Part shown: one piece after another, positions 10,557 to 20,639 of the stretch
Layout: every line of letters starts with the position of its first letter
How positions within the stretch are numbered: position 1 is the stretch's first letter
Virus record (IMG/VR): IMGVR_UViG_3300042474_001151
Span: 48,431 to 112,430 of that record
Length of the DNA: 64,000 nt
From: a virus
Taxonomy: Duplodnaviria > Heunggongvirae > Uroviricota > Caudoviricetes
Reading direction: 5' to 3' (one strand)
The notes under the pieces: generated by a model
The model's input: only the letters and a program-made list of their open reading frames with translations
Database searches by the model: none
What the model was told of the DNA's origin: nothing
Translations under genes and position numbers: made by a program

Positions 10557-13500
10557 ATGGAATTTTACGGTTCAATTGACTCGGTTTCAGGTTCGATAAC
10601 AGCTTCCCTATTTACAGGTTCATTTAAGGGAGATGGTGGAGGTTTATATAACCTTGCAGCATCAGGTGTTACAGGTCTAAACCTATCACAAATAGCAAGC
10701 GGAAACGCCACAGCATCAATTTCATCAACGGGTTTTACCGTTAATAAAAGTACCCAAATTCAGGGTGATTTATCCGTTACAGGGTCAATTATTGCAACCA
10801 ACTACATTGTAAGTTCATCAGTAACTTATATGACTACAAGTTTTGCTAGTGGTTCATCCATGTTTGGTAACGATGATAATGATGTACATCAATTTACAGG
10901 TTCTGTTCAAATTACGGGTTCAATATCATTAAATGGACAAGCGATTGGTACGGGTAAATTAGACGAAACAACGTTTCAATCATATACATCATCAATATCA
11001 AGTTCAATTGGTTCATTAAGTTCATCAATTGCTTTAACAGATGTTTCACAAAGTAATAGATTAACAACGATTGAAGGTAATTATGCAACGACTGGTAGTA
11101 ACTTATTTAAAGGTAGTCAAACCATATCTGGTTCAATTATACCATCAGTAGATAATTTATATGATTTAGGTAGTTCAACATATCAATGGAGAGACGTTTA
11201 TATCTCTTCAGGGTCATTATATATCGATGGTACCAAAGTATTGGGAAGTACCTCACAGGAACTTACAATTACAACTGACACAGGTCAATCAATTAAAATA
11301 TTAGAGGCAGGTTCGGATTCAATTATATTACAATCTGCGGATGGTGATATCGAATTAAAATCATCAGGTGGTGGAGATATATTATTTGACCCAACAAACG
11401 GTATTATATCAATTAAGGGAACAACACAAATACAAGATGGTTTTAAAATAACTTCATCAGGTGGTAATAGTATTGTGTTTGGTGATGCAGTAATTGTTAG
11501 TGGTTCAATAGATTTAACAGGTAATGTTGACGGTATTGATTTACAATCATTCAGTTCATCGGTATCTGCAAGTATTAGTTCATTATTAGGTGGAAATACA
11601 TCATTAAGTACTAGTATTGCAACCACAACTAGTGGATTAAGTTCTAGTATTAGTTCGTTGAGTTCTAGTGTTGCAACAACAACATCAGGATTAACAAGTA
11701 CCATAACAAGTGTGAGTTCATCTTTGACATCTTCAATTGGTTCTTTGTCAAGTTCATTGGCAACAATAACTAGCGGACTTAGTTCTTCTATTGGAAGTTT
11801 ATCATCATCAGTTGCAACCACTACATCAGGATTAAGTTCTAGTATTGGTTCTCTATCGTCATCTGTAGCGACTACAACATTTAGTTTAAGTTCTAGTATT
11901 GAAAGTTTATCTAGTTCAGTTGCAATCACAACAAGTGGACTGACAAGTACAATTACAAGTTTAAGTTCTTCTTTAACAAGTAGTATTGGAAGTATATCAA
12001 GTTCAATTAATTCAACAATTAGTTCGTTAAGTTCATCGGTATCTACAAGTATTGGAGGTTTATCTTCATCTGTTGCAACAACAACAAGTGAATTAAGTTC
12101 TTCTATCGGGTCTCTATCAAGTTCAATCGCAACAACAACTATAGGTGCAAAAAATCGGGTAGATTCAATTGAAACAACAACAGGTAGTTTGAATACATTT
12201 AGTAGCTCAATTAATACTACCATTAAATCTAAATTAGATATTGAATCAGTTATATCTGGTTCGGTACAAGTTGTTATAACAGGAACAACGGGTTATTCAA
12301 CTTTTAGTTCTTCTGTCTCAACAAGTATTGGTGCGTTAAGTTCTTCAGTATCAACAACAACATCAGATTTATCTTCAAGTATTGGAAGTTTAAGTTCTAG
12401 TGTAGCAACTACAACAAGTGGATTAAGTTCTTCTGTGGCCACCACCACAAGTGGATTGAGTTCTAGTATTGGTTCGTTAAGTTCTAGTATTGCAACAACA
12501 ACATTAGAAACAAAAAATCGGGTCGATTCCATTGAATCAAAAACTGGTAGCTATGCAACAACCGGTTCAAATATATTTCAGGGTATTCAAACAATCACAG
12601 GTTCGTTGTATATTTCACAAAACTTAATTGTACAAGGTTCATCATCTTTAGAAAATATAACAGCATCAGCCGTTAGTATTGGTACGAATAAAATTATACT
12701 AAATTCGGACACACCTGCAATTAGATATGCGGGTATTTCCGTTTTTGATTCTGGGTCAACAAACGTCACTGCGTCCTTGTTTTATGACTCACTAACAAAC
12801 AATTGGAAATTCCAACATTCAGATGTTGGAACCGATGACGCAAGTATTTTATTATATGGGCCGTTAGGTACAGGTATCGATAACACACAAACACTAGTTG
12901 GAAATTTTTTAACCAAGGTTGAGGACAATGGACACGGACACCATTTAACCACTTCAAGTATCTTTGATAATGGAAGTAAAATTAGTCTAAAGAATAATAC
13001 AGAAATTACAGGTTCATTAATTGTTGCAGGCGGTAATAAAATAACAGTAAATGGTGTTGGTGGTGATGAAGGTGGTGAAATTTTATTAGGTAAGGCATCA
13101 ACCAACACAACACTTGCGGGTGAAGGTGTAACAATAGATGTTTGGCAAAATAGATTGAGATTTTTTGAACAAGGTGGTAATGCGAGAGGTGCTTATATTG
13201 ATATCTCATCATTAGCTAATGGTGTTGGGACTAACTTATTAGACACCGCAGCAACCGCATCGTATGTTGAATATTCTAACGTCGCAAATAAACCTACATT
13301 AGTTTCTGGTTCTTCACAAATTACGTTTAGTGGAATAAGTGGTTTACCAACATTAATATCAGGTTCATCTCAAATTGATTTAACCGGTACAACAAACTAC
13401 GCTAGTGGTATATTAACAAGATTAAATGCGGTAGGAGTATTCTCAGGTTCATCACAAGTTACACACGATTCAACAACAGGATACGTTGCAAATAGACATA

Positions 13501-15281
13501 TTGACCACACCGCAGTATCGATTAGTGCAGGTAATGGTTTGAGTGGAGGCGGTGATATCTCAACAACACGGACACTTACATTAGATACTGGTTCTGTACA
13601 TTTCTTAGATGGGGTTAAAAAAGAATTAAATACCGAAGGGGTTGTGTCGGGTTCTTCACAAGTATTAGCTGGAACAACAATACATTCAGGTTCATTCTTT
13701 AATAACATATCAGTTGTATCGGGATCGGCACAAATATCTTTTAATGGAATTACAGATAAACCAACATTGGTTTCTGGTTCAAGTCAAATAACATATAGTG
13801 GTATATCTAGTATTCCAAGTGGAATAGTATCAGGTTCATCTCAAATTGATTTAACCGGTACAACAAACTACGCTAGTGGTATATTAACAAGATTAAATGC
13901 TGTTGGTGTATTCTCAGGCTCAGCACAAGTTACATTATCATCCACAACTGGATATGGTTCTGTTTTAAATCAAGCGGTTCTAACATCAAGTTCACCTACA
14001 TTTGCAGGATTAACTAACAACGGAACATATACCCAAGCAACGACATCAACACAACCACTAACAATTAATGGTGATAGTGGAGATACAAATGGGTTATTTA
14101 GAATTCAAATGGATAGTGTTAGTGATTCATTTGCTTCGGGAGCAAGAACATATTTGGGAGATGGTGGTATTGATATATTTTTAGGTACTAGCAATAGTTC
14201 ATATACACCATCAAATACATATATAGCCTTAAATCATAGTGGTGAAATATCTATGGGTGCTGGTTCGGCAAACAAACACTTCACTTTATCAACTAGTGGA
14301 AATTTAACTATTAGTGGTACTATTGGTGCATCAAACTTTAGCGGAAGTTCATCGGGAACAAATACTGGTGATCAAACATTAAGTGGTTTAGGAGGATTAA
14401 GTAATAATACGGACTCAGAACAAACAATAGGAGGTAGAGCATATTATTTTAATAGTGGTGCGGGAAGAATGAACGCAGACCCAAGATGGAACGAAAGTGG
14501 ATATGACGCGGATTTAGGGTGTCTACACTTATGGTCTTGGACTGCTGCTGGTGTTGCTTATGGTAGGGCAGGTATTGCATTCTATAACGACAACGCATAT
14601 CAATATTTAACAACAAAAAGTAACACAACTGGTTTATTTGTTAATAATAGTTTGATAGCAACTGCCGGAAGTACCCCAACTTTTGCGGGATTATCGTCTA
14701 ATGGAACAATAACAATAACCAGCGGAACACCAACAGGTGCGGCATCTAACAATGCTAATTCATATTTGAGGATAGACTCCGCGGCAAATCAATATATTGA
14801 ATTAAGAACGAATGCAAGTGCAACTGGTGCGATGCAGGGAATGTTATTTACTGATAACGGTGTAAACGGTTTTATTGGATTTAAAGAATATACTGGAGGG
14901 GCTAATTATGGTGAAGCAATACACATTTCAGTTACAGATTATAGCTCAAGTGATGCTGGTAATGGTATTTATCTTGGTGCGTCATCAAATAACGCAAACG
15001 GAGTAACAACACCTTGGTTTTCAATTAGAGGTGGTACTTCATATTTTTACGGAAATGTTTTACCTGATACAAATAATTCAAGAAATTTAGGTTCTGCATC
15101 ATTTGGATGGGCAAACGTTTATACAAACGACTTACACTTAAGTAACATGAATAAACCTGAAGGTAATGATGTTGACGGAACAAATGGTAACTGGACAATT
15201 CAAGAAGGTGCCGAACAATTATACATCATAAATAATAATAATGGAAAGAAATACAAAATAGATTTAACAGAAATTATTTAA
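10557..15281 (+). CDS. long tail fibre-like protein
   Basis: 1574 aa with an 18-aa Ser/Thr repeat array. C-terminal NVYTNDLHLSN...NDVDGTNGNWTIQEGAEQLYIINNNNGKKYKIDLTE module. Confidence 0.8.
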   Translation: MEFYGSIDSVSGSITASLFTGSFKGDGGGLYNLAASGVTGLNLSQIASGNATASISSTGFTVNKSTQIQGDLSVTGSIIATNYIVSSSVTYMTTSFASGSSMFGNDDNDVHQFTGSVQITGSISLNGQAIGTGKLDETTFQSYTSSISSSIGSLSSSIALTDVSQSNRLTTIEGNYATTGSNLFKGSQTISGSIIPSVDNLYDLGSSTYQWRDVYISSGSLYIDGTKVLGSTSQELTITTDTGQSIKILEAGSDSIILQSADGDIELKSSGGGDILFDPTNGIISIKGTTQIQDGFKITSSGGNSIVFGDAVIVSGSIDLTGNVDGIDLQSFSSSVSASISSLLGGNTSLSTSIATTTSGLSSSISSLSSSVATTTSGLTSTITSVSSSLTSSIGSLSSSLATITSGLSSSIGSLSSSVATTTSGLSSSIGSLSSSVATTTFSLSSSIESLSSSVAITTSGLTSTITSLSSSLTSSIGSISSSINSTISSLSSSVSTSIGGLSSSVATTTSELSSSIGSLSSSIATTTIGAKNRVDSIETTTGSLNTFSSSINTTIKSKLDIESVISGSVQVVITGTTGYSTFSSSVSTSIGALSSSVSTTTSDLSSSIGSLSSSVATTTSGLSSSVATTTSGLSSSIGSLSSSIATTTLETKNRVDSIESKTGSYATTGSNIFQGIQTITGSLYISQNLIVQGSSSLENITASAVSIGTNKIILNSDTPAIRYAGISVFDSGSTNVTASLFYDSLTNNWKFQHSDVGTDDASILLYGPLGTGIDNTQTLVGNFLTKVEDNGHGHHLTTSSIFDNGSKISLKNNTEITGSLIVAGGNKITVNGVGGDEGGEILLGKASTNTTLAGEGVTIDVWQNRLRFFEQGGNARGAYIDISSLANGVGTNLLDTAATASYVEYSNVANKPTLVSGSSQITFSGISGLPTLISGSSQIDLTGTTNYASGILTRLNAVGVFSGSSQVTHDSTTGYVANRHIDHTAVSISAGNGLSGGGDISTTRTLTLDTGSVHFLDGVKKELNTEGVVSGSSQVLAGTTIHSGSFFNNISVVSGSAQISFNGITDKPTLVSGSSQITYSGISSIPSGIVSGSSQIDLTGTTNYASGILTRLNAVGVFSGSAQVTLSSTTGYGSVLNQAVLTSSSPTFAGLTNNGTYTQATTSTQPLTINGDSGDTNGLFRIQMDSVSDSFASGARTYLGDGGIDIFLGTSNSSYTPSNTYIALNHSGEISMGAGSANKHFTLSTSGNLTISGTIGASNFSGSSSGTNTGDQTLSGLGGLSNNTDSEQTIGGRAYYFNSGAGRMNADPRWNESGYDADLGCLHLWSWTAAGVAYGRAGIAFYNDNAYQYLTTKSNTTGLFVNNSLIATAGSTPTFAGLSSNGTITITSGTPTGAASNNANSYLRIDSAANQYIELRTNASATGAMQGMLFTDNGVNGFIGFKEYTGGANYGEAIHISVTDYSSSDAGNGIYLGASSNNANGVTTPWFSIRGGTSYFYGNVLPDTNNSRNLGSASFGWANVYTNDLHLSNMNKPEGNDVDGTNGNWTIQEGAEQLYIINNNNGKKYKIDLTEII
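11600..12510 (+). repeat. coding tandem repeat, 18-aa unit SSSIGSLSSSVATTTSGL (about 54 nt, degenerate)
   Basis: Read directly from the translation; one interruption near 12150-12300. Confidence 0.85.
13357..13900 (+). repeat. 73-nt exact direct repeat (13357-13429 and 13828-13900); diverged third copy near 7533-7615
   Basis: tatcaggttcatctcaaattgatttaaccggtac...attaaatgc is identical in both copies. Confidence 0.85.
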
Positions 15282-15282
15282 T

Positions 15283-16077
15283 ATGGCAGTATATGGTAAC
15301 GGTGAATTATTTCGGATATATACACACGATGGAAGCACAAAAGAAAGGGCAGCACCATCTTTAAATCATTTGGTTGAAATAGGAATTTCAACGAATGGCT
15401 TTTATTGGGTCAATCCAAGTTTAGGTTCAACAACACCAATTTATATTTATGTGAATTTCACATATAGAACAAAAGAAGCGTGGGCTTTAGTACTCTCAAA
15501 TAGAATTAATACAACAGGTGTTGCTAATAGTACAACAACCCCTGATGGTGTGAATAGTACATCTTCACAAGCATCAGTTACATATTCAAATGCAGTTAAT
15601 AATGTTAATTACAAAGGTTCGTATGGTAATACTAATTTAGACTTTAACTGTATGATTGGTGTTAAGTATTGGAAATTATTAGGAAGAAATGTTTGCCAAT
15701 TTGTATCATCATCGGCGGTTCCAGTTTCATCAACAGGTAGTCATAATAAAAGATATCGTTGGGCATTTATGGATATGAGCGGAACGTACGCATTTCAAAA
15801 TGTTAGTGGAATTGCAGATGAAACGTCAACTGGAACACCAGGTTTCTATAATTATCACGCGGCAAACGGTTATTCATTAACGACCTTTGATAATGACCAA
15901 GACGTTAATGGTGGAGGAAACTGTGCCACATTTTATAATAATGCCCCAAATTGGTATGGTGCGTGTTGGAGTGGAAATCCGTGGGGTGGAATGGGTGCTG
16001 GATATGCGGATGCATATTTTTGGGATGGTTCTGGTGGTGACTACTATAATTACGGAGCAATTTATATAGGAGGATAA
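15283..16077 (+). CDS. fibrinogen C-terminal-like (FReD) domain protein
   Basis: HDGST..AAPSL..NGFYWVNP...WALV and YHAANGYSLTTFDNDQD..NCA..WYGACW resemble the FReD Ca-binding/P-domain region. Confidence 0.7.
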   Translation: MAVYGNGELFRIYTHDGSTKERAAPSLNHLVEIGISTNGFYWVNPSLGSTTPIYIYVNFTYRTKEAWALVLSNRINTTGVANSTTTPDGVNSTSSQASVTYSNAVNNVNYKGSYGNTNLDFNCMIGVKYWKLLGRNVCQFVSSSAVPVSSTGSHNKRYRWAFMDMSGTYAFQNVSGIADETSTGTPGFYNYHAANGYSLTTFDNDQDVNGGGNCATFYNNAPNWYGACWSGNPWGGMGAGYADAYFWDGSGGDYYNYGAIYIGG

Positions 16078-16081
16078 TATT

Positions 16082-16867
16082 ATGGCATTTTATATAGGAG
16101 GAAACAAATTTAGTGCAAGATTTCATGACGGGTCAACATCCGCCAAGGCCGCACCATCTCTACAACATCTTGCGGAGTTGGGTATAAGAACTAATGGTTT
16201 CTATTGGGTGAATCCACAAGATGCATATTCACCAATTTATATTTATGTCGATTTCAATTATAGAAGAAATGAAGCATGGGCGTTGGTCCTCTCAAATAGA
16301 ATTAATACAGGAGCATTAAATAGTGGTAGTGTTACTGCTGATGGTAACACTGGTATATCAGCACAATCTTTTGTAACATATTCAAATGCGGTTAACAATA
16401 TAAACTACAAAGGTTCGTATGGTAATACTAATTTAGATTTTAACTGTATGGTTGGTGTTAAATATTGGAAACAATTAGGTAAAAATATTTGTCAAATTGT
16501 TTCAACATCCGCACGGACATTATCAGATACGGGAAATCATACAAAAAGATTTCGTTGGGGATTTCGGGATATGTCTGGAACGTATGCGTTTCAAAACATT
16601 TATGCAATTAAGGATGAGGGTGGAGGAACACCAGGGTTTTATTCATATCACGCGGCAAATGGTTACTCATTATCTACATATGATAATGACCAAGATGGAT
16701 ACGGAGCTAGTTGTTCAGTAGCTTACAGTAATTATCCTTGGTGGTATGGTGCTTGTTGGGACGGCAATTACTTTGGAGGTACCGGTCACCAAGATGGACC
16801 GTATTGGTCAGGGTCGAGTGGTGATTATCATAACTATGGAGGAATCTATATAGGTGGTTATATTTAA
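16082..16867 (+). CDS. fibrinogen C-terminal-like (FReD) domain protein, tandem paralog
   Basis: Closely similar to 15283-16077 (shared NYKGSYGNTNLDFNCM, YHAANGYSL.T.DNDQD, WWYGACW). Confidence 0.7.
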   Translation: MAFYIGGNKFSARFHDGSTSAKAAPSLQHLAELGIRTNGFYWVNPQDAYSPIYIYVDFNYRRNEAWALVLSNRINTGALNSGSVTADGNTGISAQSFVTYSNAVNNINYKGSYGNTNLDFNCMVGVKYWKQLGKNICQIVSTSARTLSDTGNHTKRFRWGFRDMSGTYAFQNIYAIKDEGGGTPGFYSYHAANGYSLSTYDNDQDGYGASCSVAYSNYPWWYGACWDGNYFGGTGHQDGPYWSGSSGDYHNYGGIYIGGYI

Positions 16868-16878
16868 AATTTAATACT

Positions 16879-17109
16879 ATGGATACACAATTAAAAGAAA
16901 TGAAATTATTCGTTAAAAAAATATCATCTGACAAATATGTTAGAACGATAAAAGACATGAATGGTTTAGAAATATGGAATGGTGGAGAACAATACTTCAT
17001 ATACATGGGAGACATTGTAATGGATAATGATAGAATGTCCCAATTAATAAACCAAATGCAACAATTACCAGTTTGGAATATTGTTGACATTGAAAACGAT
17101 TTTAGTTAA
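16879..17109 (+). CDS. hypothetical protein
   Basis: 76-aa ORF, tight spacing on both sides. Confidence 0.5.
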   Translation: MDTQLKEMKLFVKKISSDKYVRTIKDMNGLEIWNGGEQYFIYMGDIVMDNDRMSQLINQMQQLPVWNIVDIENDFS

Positions 17110-17118
17110 ATTTAGATA

Positions 17119-17898
17119 ATGGCACCTTTATATATAGGAACAAAAACTATCACATCTTCAGACACATTTGGGTCTACTGGTGCCTATAAAAATAAGTTTG
17201 AATTACCATTGGGTGGTTTAAAATTATATTTAAGTGGTGACTCATATCGGGCTGGTCCATATTGGACTGACATTGCTCAAAATATTGTATTTGAGGCTAG
17301 AACAACATCAGGCCCATATAATACAAGCCCAACCCCAAGAGCGAGTGTTGGTGGTGTTAACTGTGTTGATTTTAATGATGGGTCTTATTGGGAATCAACA
17401 CAAGCTGGGGCGGATTTAGTTGATATGCGTTATGATTTTACATTGGTGATGATTTATTATTATGAAGGGTTTGCAGCAAGAAGAACAATATTTGAAAAGG
17501 CGGGCAATTCATATGCATCATATCAACAAGAGTTAGCATGTACCATGGAAACTAACGCAACAATGACATGGTATAGAGGACATACAGATTATGATTATTC
17601 AACAACAAAAACATATTCAACTGGTGAATGGAGGATGATTGCAATTAATAGTACTGGTGTTACATCTAGAACTGGTCAATATTACGATGGTAGTGGTTGG
17701 GTAACAGATTATACCAATCGGACAACTAATCCAATTATTGCTGCTGGTCCAATAAGAGTTGGTTTTGGTTATGCGGGAGTTGTTCAAGCGGGTTATATGC
17801 ATGCTTGTTGTGTGTGGGATAGAAAACTAACAACGGCGGAAATTAATAACACATACAGATATTTTCAAACTAATTACGTAACAGGATTAACTGCATAA
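17119..17898 (+). CDS. LamG-like domain protein
   Basis: GLKLYLSGDSY, NCVDFNDG, CVWDRKLTTAEINNTY. Confidence 0.65.
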   Translation: MAPLYIGTKTITSSDTFGSTGAYKNKFELPLGGLKLYLSGDSYRAGPYWTDIAQNIVFEARTTSGPYNTSPTPRASVGGVNCVDFNDGSYWESTQAGADLVDMRYDFTLVMIYYYEGFAARRTIFEKAGNSYASYQQELACTMETNATMTWYRGHTDYDYSTTKTYSTGEWRMIAINSTGVTSRTGQYYDGSGWVTDYTNRTTNPIIAAGPIRVGFGYAGVVQAGYMHACCVWDRKLTTAEINNTYRYFQTNYVTGLTA

Positions 17899-17899
17899 T

Positions 17900-18070
17900 A
17901 TGAATAGAAGATTTATAAATATGGATATGGATAACACCAATTATGGTTATTGGTGGGTAGATTTCATAAATGAAAATGGGGAAATAGAAAGAAGAACATT
18001 TGAAAATGATTTATCTGCTAAATTATTCTATGACGAGTTAATTTTAGAAACAAATACTCCACAATCTTAA
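17900..18070 (+). CDS. hypothetical 56-aa protein (not in ORF track)
   Basis: ATG 17900 just after the upstream stop. Reads MNRRFINMDMDNTNYGYWWVDF...TPQS*. Confidence 0.5.
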   Translation: MNRRFINMDMDNTNYGYWWVDFINENGEIERRTFENDLSAKLFYDELILETNTPQS

Positions 18071-18092
18071 TTTTTTTTCTTATATTAGTCAC

Positions 18093-18818
18093 ATGAATAA
18101 TATAGGATTTGGAATATTTTGTTTTGGTGAAGACTATTATTATAGAGGAACCAAAGAAAAAATAAAAGAATTATTGAAGGTGGGTTTATCTGTATATGTA
18201 CTGACAGATAAACCTGAAGAATTTACAGAAGTAACTGTGATTCAATATGATAGACATTTAAAATCATATTCAGATAAGATGATATTACCAAAATACATCT
18301 TAAAAAATCATGACATCTGTATATTACTTGATGCAGACACACACGTCACAGATTATTCATTTTTAGAATCATTAAAAACATATAATTTTAAGAAAGGTGT
18401 ATCATATATTGATACTTTATTAAATCATAGTGCAAAGAAAGAATTTGTAAAAGACTTAGTGAATGAAACCAATCCTGAATGGAAAACATATGTTGAATAT
18501 GCGTCTAAATTGTATCCACCATTTTTTAATTTTGAAACAATGTGGGAATACTTTTTGGTAATCAATAAAGATGGGTTTGATATGGATTCATTTTATTATT
18601 ATTATGAAAAATTACAAGTAGTAAAAGAATATTCGGACCTACCTTTGAAAAAAGAGATAAATGGTGCGGGAGAAGGAATATCAATACAAATAAGTTGCAA
18701 ATCAGCTAATATGAATGTACAAAGAGATACCGAATTGTATAAATTATTAGAAGGTAAGATGATAAGTATAAGTAGAAGACACACACCACGACATTTGTGG
18801 CCAAATTGGATGAGATGA
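18093..18818 (+). CDS. GT-A-like nucleotide-diphospho-sugar transferase (putative)
   Basis: ILLDADTH DxD motif, first gene of the enzyme island. Confidence 0.45.
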   Translation: MNNIGFGIFCFGEDYYYRGTKEKIKELLKVGLSVYVLTDKPEEFTEVTVIQYDRHLKSYSDKMILPKYILKNHDICILLDADTHVTDYSFLESLKTYNFKKGVSYIDTLLNHSAKKEFVKDLVNETNPEWKTYVEYASKLYPPFFNFETMWEYFLVINKDGFDMDSFYYYYEKLQVVKEYSDLPLKKEINGAGEGISIQISCKSANMNVQRDTELYKLLEGKMISISRRHTPRHLWPNWMR

Positions 18819-19543
18819 TAACGAATGATGATTTCATAAAAAAGAATATCACCAACAATGGTGATGAACCGGTACCATATCGTTGGACACACGGTGCAAC
18901 CGATTTACACATGGGTGACGGACTTTTGGTGTATTCTATCATCCAACACATGAGAGCTAAAATTTGCGTCTGTATAGGGTCAGGAGGAGGGTTCATTCCA
19001 AGAATCATGACACAAGCAAGAATTGATTTACATAAACAAAACATATTTGAAGGAAATGGAGACTATAACTGGGGTGACATTGGTACTAGCTATGTCGTTG
19101 ACGCTTGTAATGGTGTTGGCGGCCCAAATGATTTGGATAATGAAGAATCATTCTATCGGACAAATTTTTATCCGAGGTTTATTAAATCGACTTCTGTCGA
19201 CGCGTATTATGACTTTTTTGTTAGACAAGATATTAAAATAGATGTACTATTCATTGATGGTGACCACTCATATGAAGGGGTTAAAACAGATTTTGAATTA
19301 TATTCAAAGATAATGTCAGATAATGGTATAATCATTATACATGACACAGATGAGAACTATGAAGAAACGTTAATTGTTTCCGAAGATTCAAAAAAAGACC
19401 ACCACAAGTTTAACGGACCGGCAATATTTGTTAAGGAACTTGAAAAAAATCCTAACTATAATTTGATTAATTTACATAATTTTCGTATATTAATGGATAA
19501 ACCATCATCAAGTGGTATAACCATTATTAATAAGAAAAAATGA
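18815..19543 (+). CDS. class I SAM-dependent methyltransferase (Methyltransf_24-like)
   Basis: CVCIGSGGGF motif I, LFIDGDHSYEGVKTDF, IIIHD. Start reassigned to ATG 18815 (ATGA overlap). Confidence 0.8.
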   Translation: MITNDDFIKKNITNNGDEPVPYRWTHGATDLHMGDGLLVYSIIQHMRAKICVCIGSGGGFIPRIMTQARIDLHKQNIFEGNGDYNWGDIGTSYVVDACNGVGGPNDLDNEESFYRTNFYPRFIKSTSVDAYYDFFVRQDIKIDVLFIDGDHSYEGVKTDFELYSKIMSDNGIIIIHDTDENYEETLIVSEDSKKDHHKFNGPAIFVKELEKNPNYNLINLHNFRILMDKPSSSGITIINKKK

Positions 19544-20391
19544 TTCGTTTAGTTACAGTTATAGGTCACGGAACAAATTTACTACCACATTTTATTAATC
19601 ATTATAAAAAATATGTTGATGAAATAAACATAGCTGTTTATGAAACCGACATGTATCCATCATTAGGTGATGAGATTAAGGAAATAATTAATAATCATGA
19701 TAATGTAAAAATTATCAAGGTTATTAAAAATAGAGTTTTCGATTGGGAGAAAGTCACACAATTATATAATTTTGTTAAAAATACACAACCAAATGATTGG
19801 TGGGTAGTTGCCGATATTGATGAATTTCATTTATATCCCGAAGACGATTTAAGAAAATTAATTAGTAATTGTGATGAGAATGGATGGGACGTTGTGAGAG
19901 GTGGATTCATTGATAGAATAGGTGAAGATGGGAAGTTCTCTGAAATAAAAAAAGATAAACCGATATTTGAACAATTTCCTGTTATGGGATTTTTCAGATA
20001 CCCGATGAGTAAGGCATGTCCTAATAAGATATGCGTAATGAAAGGATATGTTGAAATCACATCAGGTCAACATTATGCTAAAATTGATGGACAAACAACT
20101 TGGAAATGGCAAGGATGGAACCACCCACTAATTAATCCAAATGAATATGTGCAAGTACACCACTTCAAGTGGGATAAAACTTGTATTGATAGGATTAAAT
20201 CAGTTGCTGATGTAAAACAAGAATATGCATACTCAAATGAATATTCAACGATGTACCATAGTCTAAGAAAAAGTAAATTTAAAATTGATGTTAACCATAA
20301 AGATTTTATGATTGAACATTCATACGGAGAACCAGAATTTAAAAGATATAAACAATGGAATAAATTAATTAAAAAAATCATATCAATATGA
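19540..20391 (+). CDS. GT2-like glycosyltransferase
   Basis: HFINHY, WWVVADIDEF motif. Confidence 0.65.
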   Translation: MIRLVTVIGHGTNLLPHFINHYKKYVDEINIAVYETDMYPSLGDEIKEIINNHDNVKIIKVIKNRVFDWEKVTQLYNFVKNTQPNDWWVVADIDEFHLYPEDDLRKLISNCDENGWDVVRGGFIDRIGEDGKFSEIKKDKPIFEQFPVMGFFRYPMSKACPNKICVMKGYVEITSGQHYAKIDGQTTWKWQGWNHPLINPNEYVQVHHFKWDKTCIDRIKSVADVKQEYAYSNEYSTMYHSLRKSKFKIDVNHKDFMIEHSYGEPEFKRYKQWNKLIKKIISI

Positions 20392-20639
20392 CAGAAAAAG
20401 AAGAAAAAACGGAACAATTACTTTTAGAACAACGTAAAGTAAAGGCGCTAGAAAAAATTGCTAATTCAATGGACGCATTAACCATTTGGTTTGAAGAAAT
20501 TAATAAGGACGAATGGAGCGATAGACTTCAATTTTATTTACATGAATGGCATAAGGGACAAATTGATAAACAATCCGATTTTAATACAAAAGAAGAAAAG
20601 GTAATATTAGGTAAAAAAGAAAAAAATGACAAAAAATAA
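20388..20639 (+). CDS. hypothetical protein
   Basis: 83-aa ORF overlapping both neighbours. Confidence 0.55.
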   Translation: MTEKEEKTEQLLLEQRKVKALEKIANSMDALTIWFEEINKDEWSDRLQFYLHEWHKGQIDKQSDFNTKEEKVILGKKEKNDKK

